A DNA stretch of 63,414 nucleotides, the filler included, from Octopus bimaculoides (lineage: Eukaryota): the NCBI RefSeq assembly GCF_001194135.2. It is 6 parts of 6 records of this genome, joined end to end, with 100 filler letters (N's around TTAATTAATTAA, not from the genome) between each part and the next. Parts side by side here need not be neighbours in the genome. Positions count along the whole stretch, not along the records: positions 1 to 19,614 come from NC_068982.1; 5 more parts are not named here. One strand, written 5' to 3'. Position 1 is the first letter of the stretch; each line of letters opens with the position of its first letter. The position numbers and the translations under genes were made by a program. This document shows, piece after piece, positions 1 to 13,847 of this stretch. The notes below the pieces were generated by a model that was not told where the DNA came from, ran no database searches, and worked only from the letters and a program-made list of their open reading frames with translations.

Positions 1-89
1 GGCTCCGTAAAAGTGAACTACTATGTATAGGACTGAAATCAATAGAAAAATCATTTAGGCTCCGTAAAAGTGAACTACTATGTATAGAA

Positions 90-1059
90 GAGATAGACTA
101 TGATGGACAATTGTCAACATGTAATGAAAACATCATTACAAATAAGTGATTTGTATGTGGTGTTGCACAAAACAAATATATATCTTCAACATAATCTTTG
201 CAAAGAATGACTCGAAGATGGGCAATGGCTATATTTTACAACATGATTAATGTAAGTGTTTTGAATGCTTTCACTGTTGTTAAATAGCTTCACTTGCAAT
301 GTTTCAAGGATAAACGAAAACAGTACGTAATTCAGTTAGGACCGGAATTTGCTGGAATTAATGTTAAACAAGAACATTACAAACAATCTTCTAGTTCTGA
401 TAACATTTCTCAACCAAACAAGAAAAGATGTTCTTCAACCTCATTTGAGACTCTTCTGCCAAAGGGAAAAAAAGGAAGATGTTCTTTGTGTGGCCTCCCA
501 TAAAGGCAGAAAGACTTATACTACATGGAAGAATTGCAATATCCATGTTTGCCAAAAATACTGGGCCCACTGAACCAAATTGGTAATTAGTGACATACAT
601 TTTCTCTGGCAGATCAAGGGTTAATGTAGATAATCTTTCATTATATTTCAAACGTATTTTTCGGAGTGCTTCTTTTTTATCACAACAATTGAATGAAACT
701 CGAGAAAAGGAACTCATTCTCTGAATTTTTTGTGTCTTTCATGCGATTCATCTATGAAAACTCCCCATCTAAGGGCCCGCTTCGTACACGATATCTTATA
801 TCAGTAGCTTTCTTTCAAATCACACAGTCCTTATTTTCTATGATAGGATTACTGCTGATTCTTATTCTGACAATATTGGAGTGTCCCAAAAGTAGATATT
901 TCTTTCATATACTTCTTTTCTAAACATTAAAGATTCACATACCATCATCTTCATTTACAAGCTCTTTCATTTGTTAGCGATTTTCTGAAATTTAGCATTA
1001 TCCAAATACAACGGGTAAAAATGCTTACGCAAAACCTGCACAACCAGCCTGAAGGTTAA
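90..1059 (+). mobile_element. piggyBac transposon 3' remnant (decayed transposase C-terminus, 3' UTR, right end with TTAA)
   Basis: About 205-280 reads RMTRRWAMAIFYNMINVSVLNAFTV, like the piggyBac RRTRRWP..F motif. Frameshifted Cys-rich tail KKGRCSLC / KGRKTYTTWKNCNIHVCQKY follows. The element ends ...GAAGG then TTAA at 1056-1059, the piggyBac target site. Contains stops and frameshifts. Confidence 0.8.
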
Positions 1060-1656
1060 CCTCGGATAGATCCCTCAGTGAAGTCTTACGAATCTTGCCC
1101 CTTCAGCAGCAGAAAGAAAGATAGCTGTGCATATATATAAAACATTAACACAACCCCCACCTCTTCTACTAAACTTCTACAAAGTTCCAGTGGGGTCTGC
1201 AAAGAGGCAATGTTTCTGATCAAAGTACATCCAACGATAGATCAGCAAGAAGATAATCACAGGCACATCCCGTTTTTATCCCACAAAATTTCTACTCTTT
1301 CTACCTTTTTATTTCTACTACTGGTATCTGTTCCTCAGAGCAGGTTGGTTCTCGCCATCATTGATCAAGCCCTCAAGCACTCCAGACTCATTCACCTCGT
1401 CTGGTTATGCTATAATCACAAGTCGTGACCCTGCGCTAACCATTTGACCTCCTTTTTACAGAACAGCAACCACCAGAAATTCGTTCCTTGCTCTTGTTTT
1501 CACACAGCCGTAGACTTACAAATGCTCAAGATGACCTGATACGACATCAATCTCATTCATCTTAGAGAGCCTGAGATGACCAGTAGAAAATTACTCTGCC
1601 TTCACATCAAATCTACAAAAAAGAGAGTAAACAATCCTCTGTCTTCACCTCTCCAT

Positions 1657-1679
1657 CATCATCATCATCGTCGTCGTCG

Positions 1680-1729
<50 letters not shown>

Positions 1730-1770
1730 TTCATCATCCCAGTCATCATTATTGCTATCATTGTAATTAG
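1657..1770. repeat. (CAT)n microsatellite
   Basis: Direct trinucleotide run; explains the poly-His ORF 1576..1770. Confidence 0.95.
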
Positions 1771-3687
1771 TTTGTCACTTAATTTATTTGTTGTAGAATT
1801 ATCTATTTGTAAATATTGTTGTTTGCTTAAACTGTTGTCGTCATTATATTTGGGTTTTTTTTTGCTTTTTTTTCATTTTTTGTTGGTGTTCCTGTTGTTC
1901 AAAAATATGATATGTTGATACATAGATTTGTTGTGCGTGTGTTTTTTCATGTTTCCTATTTCAACTTTGACAATAAGTTTTCATATACATTTTTACATTT
2001 ATGCAAAGTTTATTTCTTCCTTGAATACATACCTTTCTTTCAATAACAAACGATGACAGATTTGGCATTTCTATGCTGTTAATATTGATGTTATGGTTTA
2101 TGTCATAATTTCACATGATGTTTTTGTTTTTTTGCTTTGAATGATTGTATCCAGTTTTCTTTATTACTATACTTGACATTGGTTGTCACTGATTTTCCTG
2201 TGAATGATACTCTTCTCACTATTTCTTTTTTCGGTAAAAATGCTGCATAAGTAGCTATGACATTTCTGAAAAGATGTTAAATGTTTGTAGATTTTTTTGC
2301 CTTGCATTATTTATAATTTAATCCGATTCGTTTCTCAGATTTCTACTGAAAAATTTCAGCTTTTCTTAAATTTCATATTAAGAATTTATAAGTAAAATGC
2401 AATAAAAGAGACAATAAAATGAAGGAAGCAAATCATTTTTGTTTAGAAACTACCACGTGTTTTATTTAGCATAATACACGCAAAACCGACTCACAAATAC
2501 ACACACATGGACACATACACGCACATACACATATACATACACACTCATACACAAACACACACATATATATATGCATATGTATATGTGTGTGTGTGTGTAT
2601 TTGTCTGTGTGTTTGCATAGTTTGCATGTTTCTAGACTTATGAATTGTTCATAGGGACAAATGTTCAGACGTAATTTCATAGTAAGCGAAAAGAGAGTAC
2701 TAATTGACATGAAAAAATCATTAGTCCTTGAGAAAAGATTTTGCGGACTCTAATATTTATTCCTAAAAGGTTACTTATACAGAATGACTATGTCAGAGTG
2801 CATTTTTGATATTGATTAATAAACGGTATTTATGATTTCATTTACGATGTATTTTGTAAGTGTGTGTATGTGTTACATCCATGTGTACACTCTCGTATAT
2901 GTACATATATATATATATATATATATATANNNNNNNNNNNNNNNNNNNNNNNNNNNNNNNNNNNNNNNNNNNNNNNNNNNNNNNNNNNNNNNNNNNNNNN
3001 NNNNNNNNNNNNNNNNNNNNNNNNNNNNNNNNNNNNNNNNNNNNNNNNNNNNNNNNNNNNNNNNNNNNNNNNNNNNNNNNNNNNNNNNNNNNNNNNNNNN
3101 NNNNNNNNNNNNNNNNNNNNNNNNNNNNNNNNNNNNNNNNNNNNNNNNNNNNNNNNNNNNNNNNNNNNNNNNNNNNNNNNNNNNNNNNNNNNNNNNNNNN
3201 NNNNNNNNNNNNNNNNNNNNNNNNNNNNNNNNNNNNNNNNNNNNNNNNNNNNNNNNNNNNNNNNNNNNNNNNNNNNNNNNNNNNNNNNNNNNNNNNNNNN
3301 NNNNNNNNNNNNNNNNNNNNNNNNNNNNNNNNNNNNNNNNNNNNNNNNNNNNNNNNNNNNNNNNNNNNNNNNNNNATATATACATAGATACACACACACA
3401 AACATATACATATATTCCGGTTTTCTCGAGGTTTTGTGGATGTGAATCACTATGTAACTTACCGGAAGCCTAGGATCACAGTAGAGAAAAAATATTAAGT
3501 ATATTTTCGAAGGAAAATGTGAAAACTTATTGCTAAGCCTTGCAGAGACAATATACCCCATCGAGTCTTATGAAAACGTATGCCTGCTCCTGTCATGCTT
3601 AACTTTAATGTATTGTATGTATTTATTGTGATATTTTAGAAGTAATAGAGGGCATGAAGAGAACAATTTCTCTTTAAGAGGTCATAA

Positions 3688-3838
3688 GGCGGCAAAATGG
3701 CAGAAACGATAGCGGAATTTCGTCCGTCTTTACGCTGTGAGTTCAAATTCGGCCGTGGTCGACTTTGCCTTTCATCTTTTCGGGAATGATAAAAATAAGT
3801 TCCAGTTGAGCATTAAGGTCGATGTAATCGACTTACCC
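3688..3838 (+). mobile_element. tRNA-derived SINE, family A (internally deleted copy)
   Basis: Head GGCGGC...TGGCAGAAACG (A-box-like) and GAGTTCAAATTC (B-box). Body GTCGACTTTGCCTTTCATC is the reverse complement of the copies at 8811, 20506, 44821, 46893 and 62398. Confidence 0.85.
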
Positions 3839-4048
3839 ACTTGGATGCACACACATCAAAATTGTTGGCCCTGTGCCAAAATTTCAAATCAATATTTTAA
3901 AGGCTTTCCACTTGGTAATTAGTGGACGGCAACTGCACGCGATTGATTGGTTTTTGTGTCGATAGGTTTTGCAAATTGTCTCAATGTATGTAATTGCTTG
4001 AGGAAATATTTCTTAGATTCAGTAGGTTTTGTATTAATTTCAGATTTT

Positions 4049-4246
4049 GGAACAAGGCCAGCAATTTTGCTGGAGGGGAGATGAGATGATCAAATGAACC
4101 CCAGTGTTCGACTTCAACTTATTTTATCGACTGAGAAAGGCTGCAAAGCAAAGCAAACCTCGGTGGAGTTTGGACTCAGTACCTAAATGCAGACTAAACG
4201 TTGCTAAGCATTTTGCCGGTGTGATAACGATCATCCCAACTAGCCG
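4049..4246 (-). mobile_element. SINE family A, degenerate copy
   Basis: Aligns by eye to the other family A copies (ACAAGGCCAGCAATTTT...TTTATCGAC...GCTAAGCATTTTGCC). Confidence 0.7.
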
Positions 4247-4739
4247 TCATATTACTACTTTGTAGAGTTTTCACTATCAATGATTTGAGACACTTTATTA
4301 GTTTTACAACGTTTTATGAATGGTGTAACATTGAAAGATGTTACATAAATATTTAGTTCTTAAATCTTGTCAGTCATTGTTTAATAAAATATATATCCAA
4401 TTTAGTATGCTCACGACGTATATGTGCAAGAGTTATAGATTAAAGTAGGCGAAAGAAAGACTACTGAAAAAACTAAAAATGCTCCAACAAAGACAAAAGC
4501 AGCTAAAAAAAAGTAATAATAATGTCCTAGCCAAAGCAAAAGAAATAACGATACTTGAATTACAGAGAAAATATCACAAACAACCAGGAAGGCACAAACC
4601 AAACACATATTCCATTTGTAGGAACAATCCCACCATGCACAATATCCTATATTTCCTAAATCTGCTTTCCAATTGTAAATCAGATATCAAACCTAAGTAG
4701 AAATTTTAAAGTTCACAAAATGTTAATAATCGCAGACAC

Positions 4740-4870
4740 TTGGCGCGATGGTTGGTTAGAAGTTTGCATTCAACCACATGTGAACCGTTTCAACCCCACT
4801 CTGTGACATCCACGGTAAGTGCCATCGACTATGAACCCGATCTGACCAAAGCCTTGGGTGCAGATTCATT
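4740..4870 (+). mobile_element. tRNA-derived SINE, family C head (degenerate)
   Basis: TGGTTAGAAG...CAACCACATG...CCCACT...GACCAAAGCCTTG resembles the reverse complement of the SINE split by the LTR element at 48380-52665. Confidence 0.5.
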
Positions 4871-5034
4871 TCTTTTTTATTTCCCCCCATACATTATATT
4901 TATCTGTAGAAACGTAAAGTAAATACATTTTTTTCGTTTTACAATTTAAAATAAAACTGTCAATAATTACAATCAGAATGATTAGTATTTCTAATGAAAA
5001 TGGTTGGAATAATCTGTATATAAAATCTCCATCA

Positions 5035-6935
5035 CCTCAAGGCTAAGAAAAAAGGATGCGTAGTCAGGGCTAAGCAACGTGCAATGGGACGGGAAGGAAT
5101 CAAACCGCGGGATGGGCCCGTGTGATAGAGACCTAACGCGGAAACAATGGCACTATAAGGTCTTTGACAAATAATCAATGGAACTTGGTAAACGAACCCG
5201 AAATGTGTAAGGCCTTTCAGGAGAAATTCGCTCTGCTTTTCGGGATCCGCAGCGGGCCGGAATGTAGGAGGGACCTGACGGACTTCCTAGCTGGCGTGCC
5301 ACGTCTTTCGGGGCGGGAAGCGGAGTGATGTGAGGGGCCGATCACAGCTGCAGATGTGCAGGAGACTTTGTCGGACTGCGACAGGGACAAGTCGCCGGGA
5401 CTAGATAATCTCCCCTACGAGCTTTATAATAGTAAAGAGACTTGTTCGGGCACCTACTGGCATGCGTCTTCCCCAAATGGCAACAGAAAATGGGTCTATG
5501 CTCAGATCTGTGAACAGGGGAGTAGTAACACTGCTTAGAAAGGACCCAGACAAGGTGGGATATTATAGATTTTTTTAAGGCCCATCATACTGCTTAACGC
5601 AGAGTTAAAGATTTTTGGCCAAGGTGTTACCAAACGGTTAGCGCGTGTCGTGCGAACCTTGTGGAATCGTCGGGGATGCACAAACTTGTGCCGCTCCTGG
5701 CGGGTCCTTTTCTCCACCTTCTACGCTACACCTTAGAGAGGGTTTACAGGCCTCTTGGCAAGGGTGGGGCGCTGGTCCATGTAGAACAGTCCAAGTCTTT
5801 GGACAGGGTTGACCGTCGATACCTTGTGTCGGTTGTCGCAGCATTCGGGATCGGCCCCGTCTTCCGCGGGTGGATCATTGCTTTGTAGAGCAACATCAAC
5901 TGGAGCGTTCGGTTGAACAGGTTCTTCTCGAAACCGTTCAACATCAAGCGCTCTTTTCGTCAAGTGTGTCCTCTCTCCCTACTTCTCTATGTATTAGCTC
6001 TAGAGCCCTTACTGCAGAAATTGGAGGGCTTGAAGTGAGCATCCCAGGAGATCTGGGTTGCAGTAGGAAGGTTTCGGTGTACGTGGATCACATCACCATC
6101 ATCGTGTCCGAGATGGTACACCTACAGAGAGTAAGCAACGCCATTAAGGACTACAAGGTGGAAGTAGGAGCAACAGTTAACAGGGATAAGTCAGTCGGCT
6201 TGTAACTCGGCACCTGGAGAGACAAGACGATACCTCCTAACAACCTCGTAGGGTGTTGGACGGAGAGGTCCGTTTAAAATGCTAGGGTTTGGTTTTGTCC
6301 AGACCTCAAGATAGAGAAGAATTGGAACGAGATGACGAGCAAGGTGATCCACCTTACTCAGACCTGGTCTGAGCAGCGGCTATCACTGAAAGTAAGGGTG
6401 GAGGTCGCAGGGAAGTTTATCGCTTCTGTGATTAACTACCACCTAATCGTCGTGCCTTGTCCCCGTTCATGGCTGATCAAATTAGAGCGGCTGCTCTTCC
6501 GCTTTTTGTGGCGGGGTAGAAATCCTCTTGTAAAGCGCCCTGTCTGCTGCTAGCACCCGCTATAGGGTGGGCTAAGGATGCCTTGGCTGTTGATGCCCAG
6601 ACATGCGCAAAAGCTGAGGTATATGTGGCTCTATCTGGGTGGTGAATAGGTGTGATCTCCGTTCGTTCGGTCGTTACTTCCTGAGCTTTCTCGTTTGAGT
6701 GAAATAGGACCTTGGATCAAGTGTAGACCAAAGTTGGGTGCTTGGCAAGCAGAGTATCGTGAGACACTGAAGCTTCTCTGCCACACAAGCAAGCCAGCGG
6801 TGGGGGTTCTACCTCGTCTTTCTATAGAATGTTGGTATAGGCTCAATGTGACGACGTCCTGGGAAAGACTCTAGGCTTCGATGAGGGTCAACTAGCCGGC
6901 CTGTTCCGAAGAACATACGGACCAGGACCCTTGGA
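5035..6935 (+). mobile_element. Tx1/L1-clade non-LTR retrotransposon, decayed reverse-transcriptase region
   Basis: Frameshifted RT motifs in order: DKSPGLDNLPYELY; RPIILLNAELK; EQSKSLDRVDRRYL...FGIGPVFRGWIIALY; SVRQ.CPLS.LLYVLALEPLL; VSVYVDHITII (YADD equivalent); KLERLLFRFLWRGRNPLVKR..GGL. GC-rich relative to the flanks. Confidence 0.9.
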
Positions 6936-6944
6936 AAAATCCTC

Positions 6945-7425
6945 GGAAAAATAATTATTACAGAAACATATTGTCGTAAAAATTGCCAAAATGAACGAAA
7001 AGCTGCTACTCTTCCATCCCAAACTGTTCAACAGAAGAGGGCCAGTCATTCTTCATGACATTGCTCGACCATACGTTTCACTAATGACGCTACAGAAGTT
7101 AATGGAAGTTGATTACGAAGTTCTTCCTTACTCAGCTTCTTCCCCCAGACCTTTCTGCTACCGACTACCACTTTCTCAAGCATCTTGATGGTTTCCTGCG
7201 AGAGAAGGAGTTCAAAAATGGAACTGATTCTGAAAGCGCGTTGAAAGAATTCATCAGCTCCAGAACTCCAGATTTTTATGTTACCGGAATAAACTTTTAA
7301 CTCGTTGGCAAAATGTGTTGCTTGTAATGGTACTTATTTTGATGAATAAAATTTCCGCATTGCTGAAATATTTTGTGATGAATTTCAAGTTTCAAAACAT
7401 TGCTTACTTTTTACTCAGCCTGACA
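6945..7425 (+). mobile_element. mariner transposon 3' remnant
   Basis: ILHDIARPY (HDNARPH), then a frameshift and PDLSATDYHFLKHLDGFLREKEF (YSPDLAP.DY.LF), then RWQ.C. AT-rich end about 7405-7422 resembles a mariner right TIR. Confidence 0.85.
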
Positions 7426-8810
7426 CCATGTTTTGCTTGTGAATAAATGAACGTGACCTTTACATTTGTGTATTTCGTATGCATCTCTGGGAAACGTATC
7501 ACAGCTGGAGGTACTTATCACTGAATTATGTAGTGCATACTTCCTCCGGTTACCTATCCATATGAATGTCCGCGTATTCTCCTTTATAACTGTAATCACA
7601 CACACACACATGTTACACACACGAACATATGTGTGTGTGTATGTGTGTGTAGGTGTGTGTATGTAAGTATGTGTATCGTAAATACACATGCATACATTTA
7701 ACGTATAAGAATGCTAAAATCTATATTTAACAAGCATACGTTTCGTTCAGTTATTTTCCAGATTATAGACCAAGGGTTTTTGAACACCTGATAGAGAGGA
7801 AATAACTCAATAGCTTAATCTATTATTAGACACATGCCAAGGAATAATTACCTCGAAATGTTATCTGCGACAGGCTAGTTGACTGCACATTAAGATACAA
7901 AAATGCAAAACACTTGTTTTGATTTCAGTTTATATAGTATTAAATAGTGACAATATACATGTGAAATAGAAAAAGAATTGATATTATTGCATGAAAATGG
8001 AAATCCTCAAGACAATACAAATAAAATACACCAAAGTGAGATTACAGTAATTGTTCAAATTCTAAACAGAATTTAAATCAGTTTAACTTAATCCAGATTT
8101 GAATATATTTATTGTTATCATGTGAGATTTGTTGTAGTATCCAGATATCAAAATATCAATAATTTTGCCTGCGCTAGTAAACAATATTGTGTAAATAGAA
8201 TTTTGAATAGAAATTACACAAAAACATAAGATAAAGGGCAACTATAAAATGATATAATACAAGTATGGCATCATCTAATAATAATAATGAAAATACGCTT
8301 AAAGATGTAAAGACACTCAATACTGCAGTATATAGCAAACATTACGCTAGAAAATTGGAAATGCCCAACATACAATAGACAAAGCAGTAATGCAAACATC
8401 TGATTAAATAGCGATCAATTCTTACGTAGAATCAATTTAGTAAGAAGCAAACCGCTGTTATGTTACCTTGTACACTAAAATTATCATCTCCTAAGGAAAT
8501 GTTTTCGTCTTTAAAATATCCATCATAATTACAAGAGACTCAATGATGATAAAAAATATTCTGAGCCAATATTAATTTTCAAAAGATGATAAATAAGTAA
8601 ATCAACATTGAATGATTGGTGTCATATGATTTCAGTAATTCTTTTCTCTGAAATACATCCCCATGAACTTCTCGGTTACTAACTGAGTTCGAAAAAATTA
8701 CATTAAAGACAGAAGTAAAAACCGCACCTACCTCTCTCCTGAAAAGTGATCCTAATTCAGGAAGAATATGAAAATAAGAAACAAAGTATTTAAATATTGG
8801 TCTCAAATTT

Positions 8811-9022
8811 TGGTACAAGGCCAGGAATTTTGGGGGAGGGTGCTAGTCAATTACATTGACCCCGTTTTCAACTGGCACTTAATTTATCGCCCCCCCCCCA
8901 ATCCCCGAAAAAATGAAAGGCAAGGTCGACCTCCGTGGAATTTAAACCCAAAAGCTGCAGACAGACGAAATGCCGCTAAACATTTTTCCCGGCTTGCTAA
9001 AAATTCTACCAGCTCACCGCCT
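8811..9022 (-). mobile_element. SINE family A
   Basis: Full-length match to other copies; its head lies at the right end. Confidence 0.85.
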
Positions 9023-10310
9023 TAGCAACGTAAATGAATATTAATATTCATTTGAAGCAGCAAGAGAGAAATTTATTAGAAATGGTGACTTGTAAGTTAA
9101 AAGCGTTGAAACGAAGCAAACAATTGATCCTTTGTGTGTTTGCTATTATTTACATCTTCATAGATATGTGAATCGTATATTTTCCGATTATATGTTATTT
9201 TGAAGACTAAATATTTACAATCAAGTGTTAGCCTAACAACAGTGCTTTAATGAAGTATAAAACTACGATTGTCGGACGTTTATCCAAGAAATTCTCTGAT
9301 TCACGTTTGGTTATCGGGCAAATTATTTCATATCAATGACTTCTTGTGTATCCGATGTTAAGATATTGGCATTATGTCATTCGACAATGAGAAAAGAAGA
9401 AAATTTTGTGATGTTTTATCGAACCATAAAGAGAAATAGACGCAGACAACAGTACACACACAAGCACGCACACAACACATACACGCACTCATACAACACA
9501 CATACACACACATACACGCACACACTGAAAATGGAAGAATCAGTTATGTATTACATATGTTTAAAAAAATGCATGGGATATCTCTTATGTAATATTGACC
9601 AATTGAACAATTATGCGTGCTATAAAACGTACAGTATCCAGTAGAGGAAACTGATATTGCAGAATCCCGATATCCCGATAACATGACGTCAGGATGCTGA
9701 CTTATCTGCTTTACTACATGGATTTAAGACTGAAATAACTGATATCGGTATTGTACCAAAAAAAAAACAAAAAAAACAATCACATTGGCTGAACTAACTG
9801 ACTAATAGATGCCAAAATAGCTAGAAGCCATTTTAAATCTTTCAAATTTTCTTCCCTCTTTGCGAACATCTGATGTGGTAGATATGTTCTAGGCCCACGA
9901 ATCTTTATCTTTTCGCAATGTGCTGTTGTTTCTGTGTACCTATGTATATCCTCATCCAATATTATCTCGTTCAAAGCAACTCTGCTCAGGTTCAACATTA
10001 GTTTGATGTTCAAAACATGCTTTTCAGACAATGCCGAGATACCAATAGGAATGTTTTTGTCCCATGCACGTTCAGACACAGACTCACACACACACACACA
10101 CATACACACACACACACACCCACACACACACCCACACACACACACACACACATGCACCCACATATTCACACAAACAACCAGTAAGAATTCCAAATCTTCT
10201 TAATCACGTCCTGATCTTTTGAATATATATGTTCTCAACAAATTTCTGTGAATGAGTATATATATATATATGTGTCTGTCTGTCTCTCTCTCTCTCTCTG
10301 TTTGTCTCTC

Positions 10311-10356
<46 letters not shown>

Positions 10357-10620
10357 CATCTCTCTATCTCTGTGTCTGTGTGTGTTTGTGCGTATGTGTG
10401 TGTGTGTCTGTGTGTGTTTGTGTGTTTGTGTGTCTGTGTGTCTGTGTGTGTGTCTGTGTGTGTCTCTGTGTGTGTGTCTGTGCGTGGTCAAATTATGAGC
10501 ACTCAGAAATAAATCAGTTGAACATCAATTCTACATATCATCATCTTTCATGGAGGTGTTTTCGCAATCAATTCCCTATAAGTTTTTTTCTCAGTATTCT
10601 TCTGAAGGCCTAACACCAAG

Positions 10621-10677
10621 ATGGCCTTCTGGCGCATTAGCTTCGCTATGGTCTTTACTTTCTTGCTAACTCACAAG
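10621..10677 (+). CDS. Candidate first coding exon (signal peptide MAFWRISFAMVFTFLLTHK), possibly of the EGF-SEA gene
   Basis: Acceptor TTTTTTTCTCAG ends at 10594. CCAAGATGG start context, hydrophobic 19-codon stretch, donor AAG|GTATTT at 10678. Linkage to downstream exons is inferred only. Confidence 0.4.
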
Positions 10678-11336
10678 GTATTTAGCTTTCATGGTGGTGT
10701 CTATATATTGGTTAGAAAGAAGATTAAGGGGCATGTCTTCATATTTATAGCTTGTTCTTTATTTGTGAATAAATTTAGAGCTTAACACATTTAGAGCAGA
10801 TGAAGTTTCACTGAAATAAATGCCTCTGTGATCTATCAGGAGGTATTTTAAATTGAAGATGTAAACTCGGGTCGCTGATTAAGCTGCTTTTTCTCCAATC
10901 ACTAAATCTTAAACGAATCCACCTGGTGAGTACGTATATCCACTGAGGAAAGTATAAGCATCACATGTATTCAAATGTGAGTCGCTTGGCTTTCGCTATA
11001 CATATAATTTGTCGAAAGTACTCCAGGAGAAATGTTTCGTTTCTGTTGACATAGTATACAAGAATGTTTATTAGGTATAACGCAGGCTAGTTTAGAACAG
11101 CCAAAATCTACAATTACGTTATCTATTGTAAAATTCAATGGTATATTAACGACATTGAGTAGTAAAAAGTGTGATTATGCCTTGCTCTCTGAGTTTCCAC
11201 ATTAATCACTAACGTCTTATGAAGCGCTACGTTAGTGGCGAGTCGCAGTAATCTCCATGTATGATTCATATCTGAAAAGTAACTGACATATTTTGCGTGT
11301 ATGAAGTGTAGTCATACACAAAATAATGTGTACATA

Positions 11337-11421
<85 letters not shown>

Positions 11422-13077
11422 GTTTGCATATATGTAACTGAGCACATACATATGTTTATGTATACACTCATAATCCCACGCATTAAATCGTTGCAAGAAT
11501 GATACAGTTATCAATGAACATAGTTTGTGTATACGTACCTTTATTTTAGTATTATATTTATTTTTCCCTTCTTTACATGTTTACAGTTTGTTCACAAGTA
11601 CGTTTTTTTTATTTTGAATTTCATATTTTCAAACCTTGATATGAAGGGGAATTATCTTGTCTAAACAATTTAATAACTTTTAATCTTTCTAACATTTATC
11701 TTATTTTGTTTTATTTGATCTTTGAGAAAAAATATAAATAAAATTTATTTAAAAGAATAAAAAATATATGAAATGAATATATATTTTTTTTTACTTTATC
11801 AAATATGTGTCAGCCATTTTCTGCAACGCGTTATTCTTCATCTGTCATTTATAAAATGTTTGTTGTAAAATAACTCAGAAAATATCATTTTTATTTTTGG
11901 TTCAATAGAATTTTATGTCGCATTTTTAATATTTCCTATTTTTAGTTTCCTCTTTTTATTTCTTTTCATATTCTCATAAATGACTAAGTAAATATTTACT
12001 ATCAATAATTTCTTTGTAAAAGAATATATTATGATATTGTATTTTTCCTCTGGGAGAAATCAAAAGAAAAATATATTAAACTAAAATAATTATTCGAGAT
12101 ACTTCAAAATTAGTATTGGCAAATCTTGCTAGGTTGACAATATGTTTCAATGAAAATTTAAACAATATTCATTTCTTTATAATTTTTTCTCCGTATTTTT
12201 TCTTTGTCTTTCAGCTCTTTTAATTTGTGATGTGTTGTTACACAAATTACATTTGTTTTGTTGTCTTGCTTCATTCTCACTACGGTCTGCTTTAAAATAT
12301 TTCTTTTTGGGGCTTTTAACAGTATATTTAAATAAATATAATTCTCATAATGTTGTCTTACATATTGACAATAATAACAAAGATAACTAACTTATATATA
12401 ATCTCAAAATGTTTGAGGAAGCAGTTTAATCAATTTGCATTTTGCTTATTATATAACCCAAGAAAGATGAAGCAAATTCAATATCAAGTTGAAATTGAAC
12501 TCATATTTTAAGTAGATGTAAGCATGAACAAATATGTTTATTAATGATCTATCTATGTTGCCAAACACTAAATAATATGATTCATATATTTTGTGATAAT
12601 TATGTTTAGAAAAATATCTAAGACATTTCAGTTTATGCACATTAAATAACTTCTAAACCGTTTTATAAACAGCATTTCTATTAATTATATTCCTTAGTAT
12701 TTACGTTCATGTAGATACATAACGGCTACTGACGAATTATGTGAATGATTTAACACTTGATAAATGGCTTTCATTTCTTAAAGGGTTTACAATAAATTGA
12801 TAGTATCTCGATATAGCTCAATTTATACGATCAGAATATTAACACAATAAACATATACGTTGCTTAACATATTTAATTAAAACCTATTACACATTCTTCT
12901 TAAATAATCCAGTGGTTACAGTGCGTCTCTTTCAGCGACTGATTTAAAGAGACATGTATTAACGTTCAAGATTTAAGTTTTCTTTCTTTTTTTAACTAAA
13001 CTTACATTCTAAGAATGAAAGAAATGAGAACGGCTAAATGCTACACACAGATGCGCTCACATGCACACGCACTTAAA

Positions 13078-13113
<36 letters not shown>

Positions 13114-13847
13114 NNNNNNNNNNNNNNNNNNNNNNNNNNNNNNNNNNNNNNNNNNNNNNNNNNNNNNNNNNNNNNNNNNNNNNNNNNNNNNNNNNNNNNN
13201 NNNNNNNNNNNNNNNNNNNNNNNNNNNNNNNNNNNNNNNNNNNNNNNNNNNNNNNNNNNNNNNNNNNNNNNNNNNNNNNNNNNNNNNNNNNNNNNNNNNN
13301 NNNNNNNNNNNNNNNNNNNNNNNNNNNNNNNNNNNNNNNNNNNNNNNNNNNNNNNNNNNNNNNNNNNNNNNNNNNNNNNNNNNNNNNNNNNNNNNNNNNN
13401 NNNNNNNNNNNNNNNNNNNNNNNNNNNNNNNNNNNNNNNNNNNNNNNNNNNNNNNNNNNNNNNNNNNNNNNNNNNNNNNNNNNNNNNNNNNNNNNNNNNN
13501 NNNNNNNNNNNNNNNNNNNNNNNNNNNNNNNNNNNNNNNNNNNNNNNNNNNNNNNNNNNNNNNNNNNNNNNNNNNNNNNNNNNNTATATATATATATATT
13601 TGTGAGGAGATATGTCACAGAGTGTACACTATACCCGTAGGTAGGAAGCATATAAAATTAATATTTTTTATTACATACATTAAAGTCAGTATCGCATATA
13701 GAACTTTCTTTTTTCTAACTAGTAAAGAAAATTTACCGCATTCATCCGTTTCATTCTTGCATGCTGAAGAATCCAGAGGATTCGCTTCTCTAGCAAGATA
13801 GAGTGGTGTCTATAAATTAGTTTCAAAATTTGGCTGAAGGTGTACAC

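Noticed and set aside
2832-3561. Long ORFs spanning N-gaps (also at 13015, 24418, 32761, 37971, 39660, 55445, 56807, 61002)
   Set aside because: They are open only because N codons and (TA)/(CA) repeats contain no stops.
4440-4517. Lys/Thr/Ala-rich peptide IKVGERKTTEKTKNAPTKTKAAKKK resembling a histone H1 tail
   Set aside because: Short, A-rich, no good acceptor, no globular domain.
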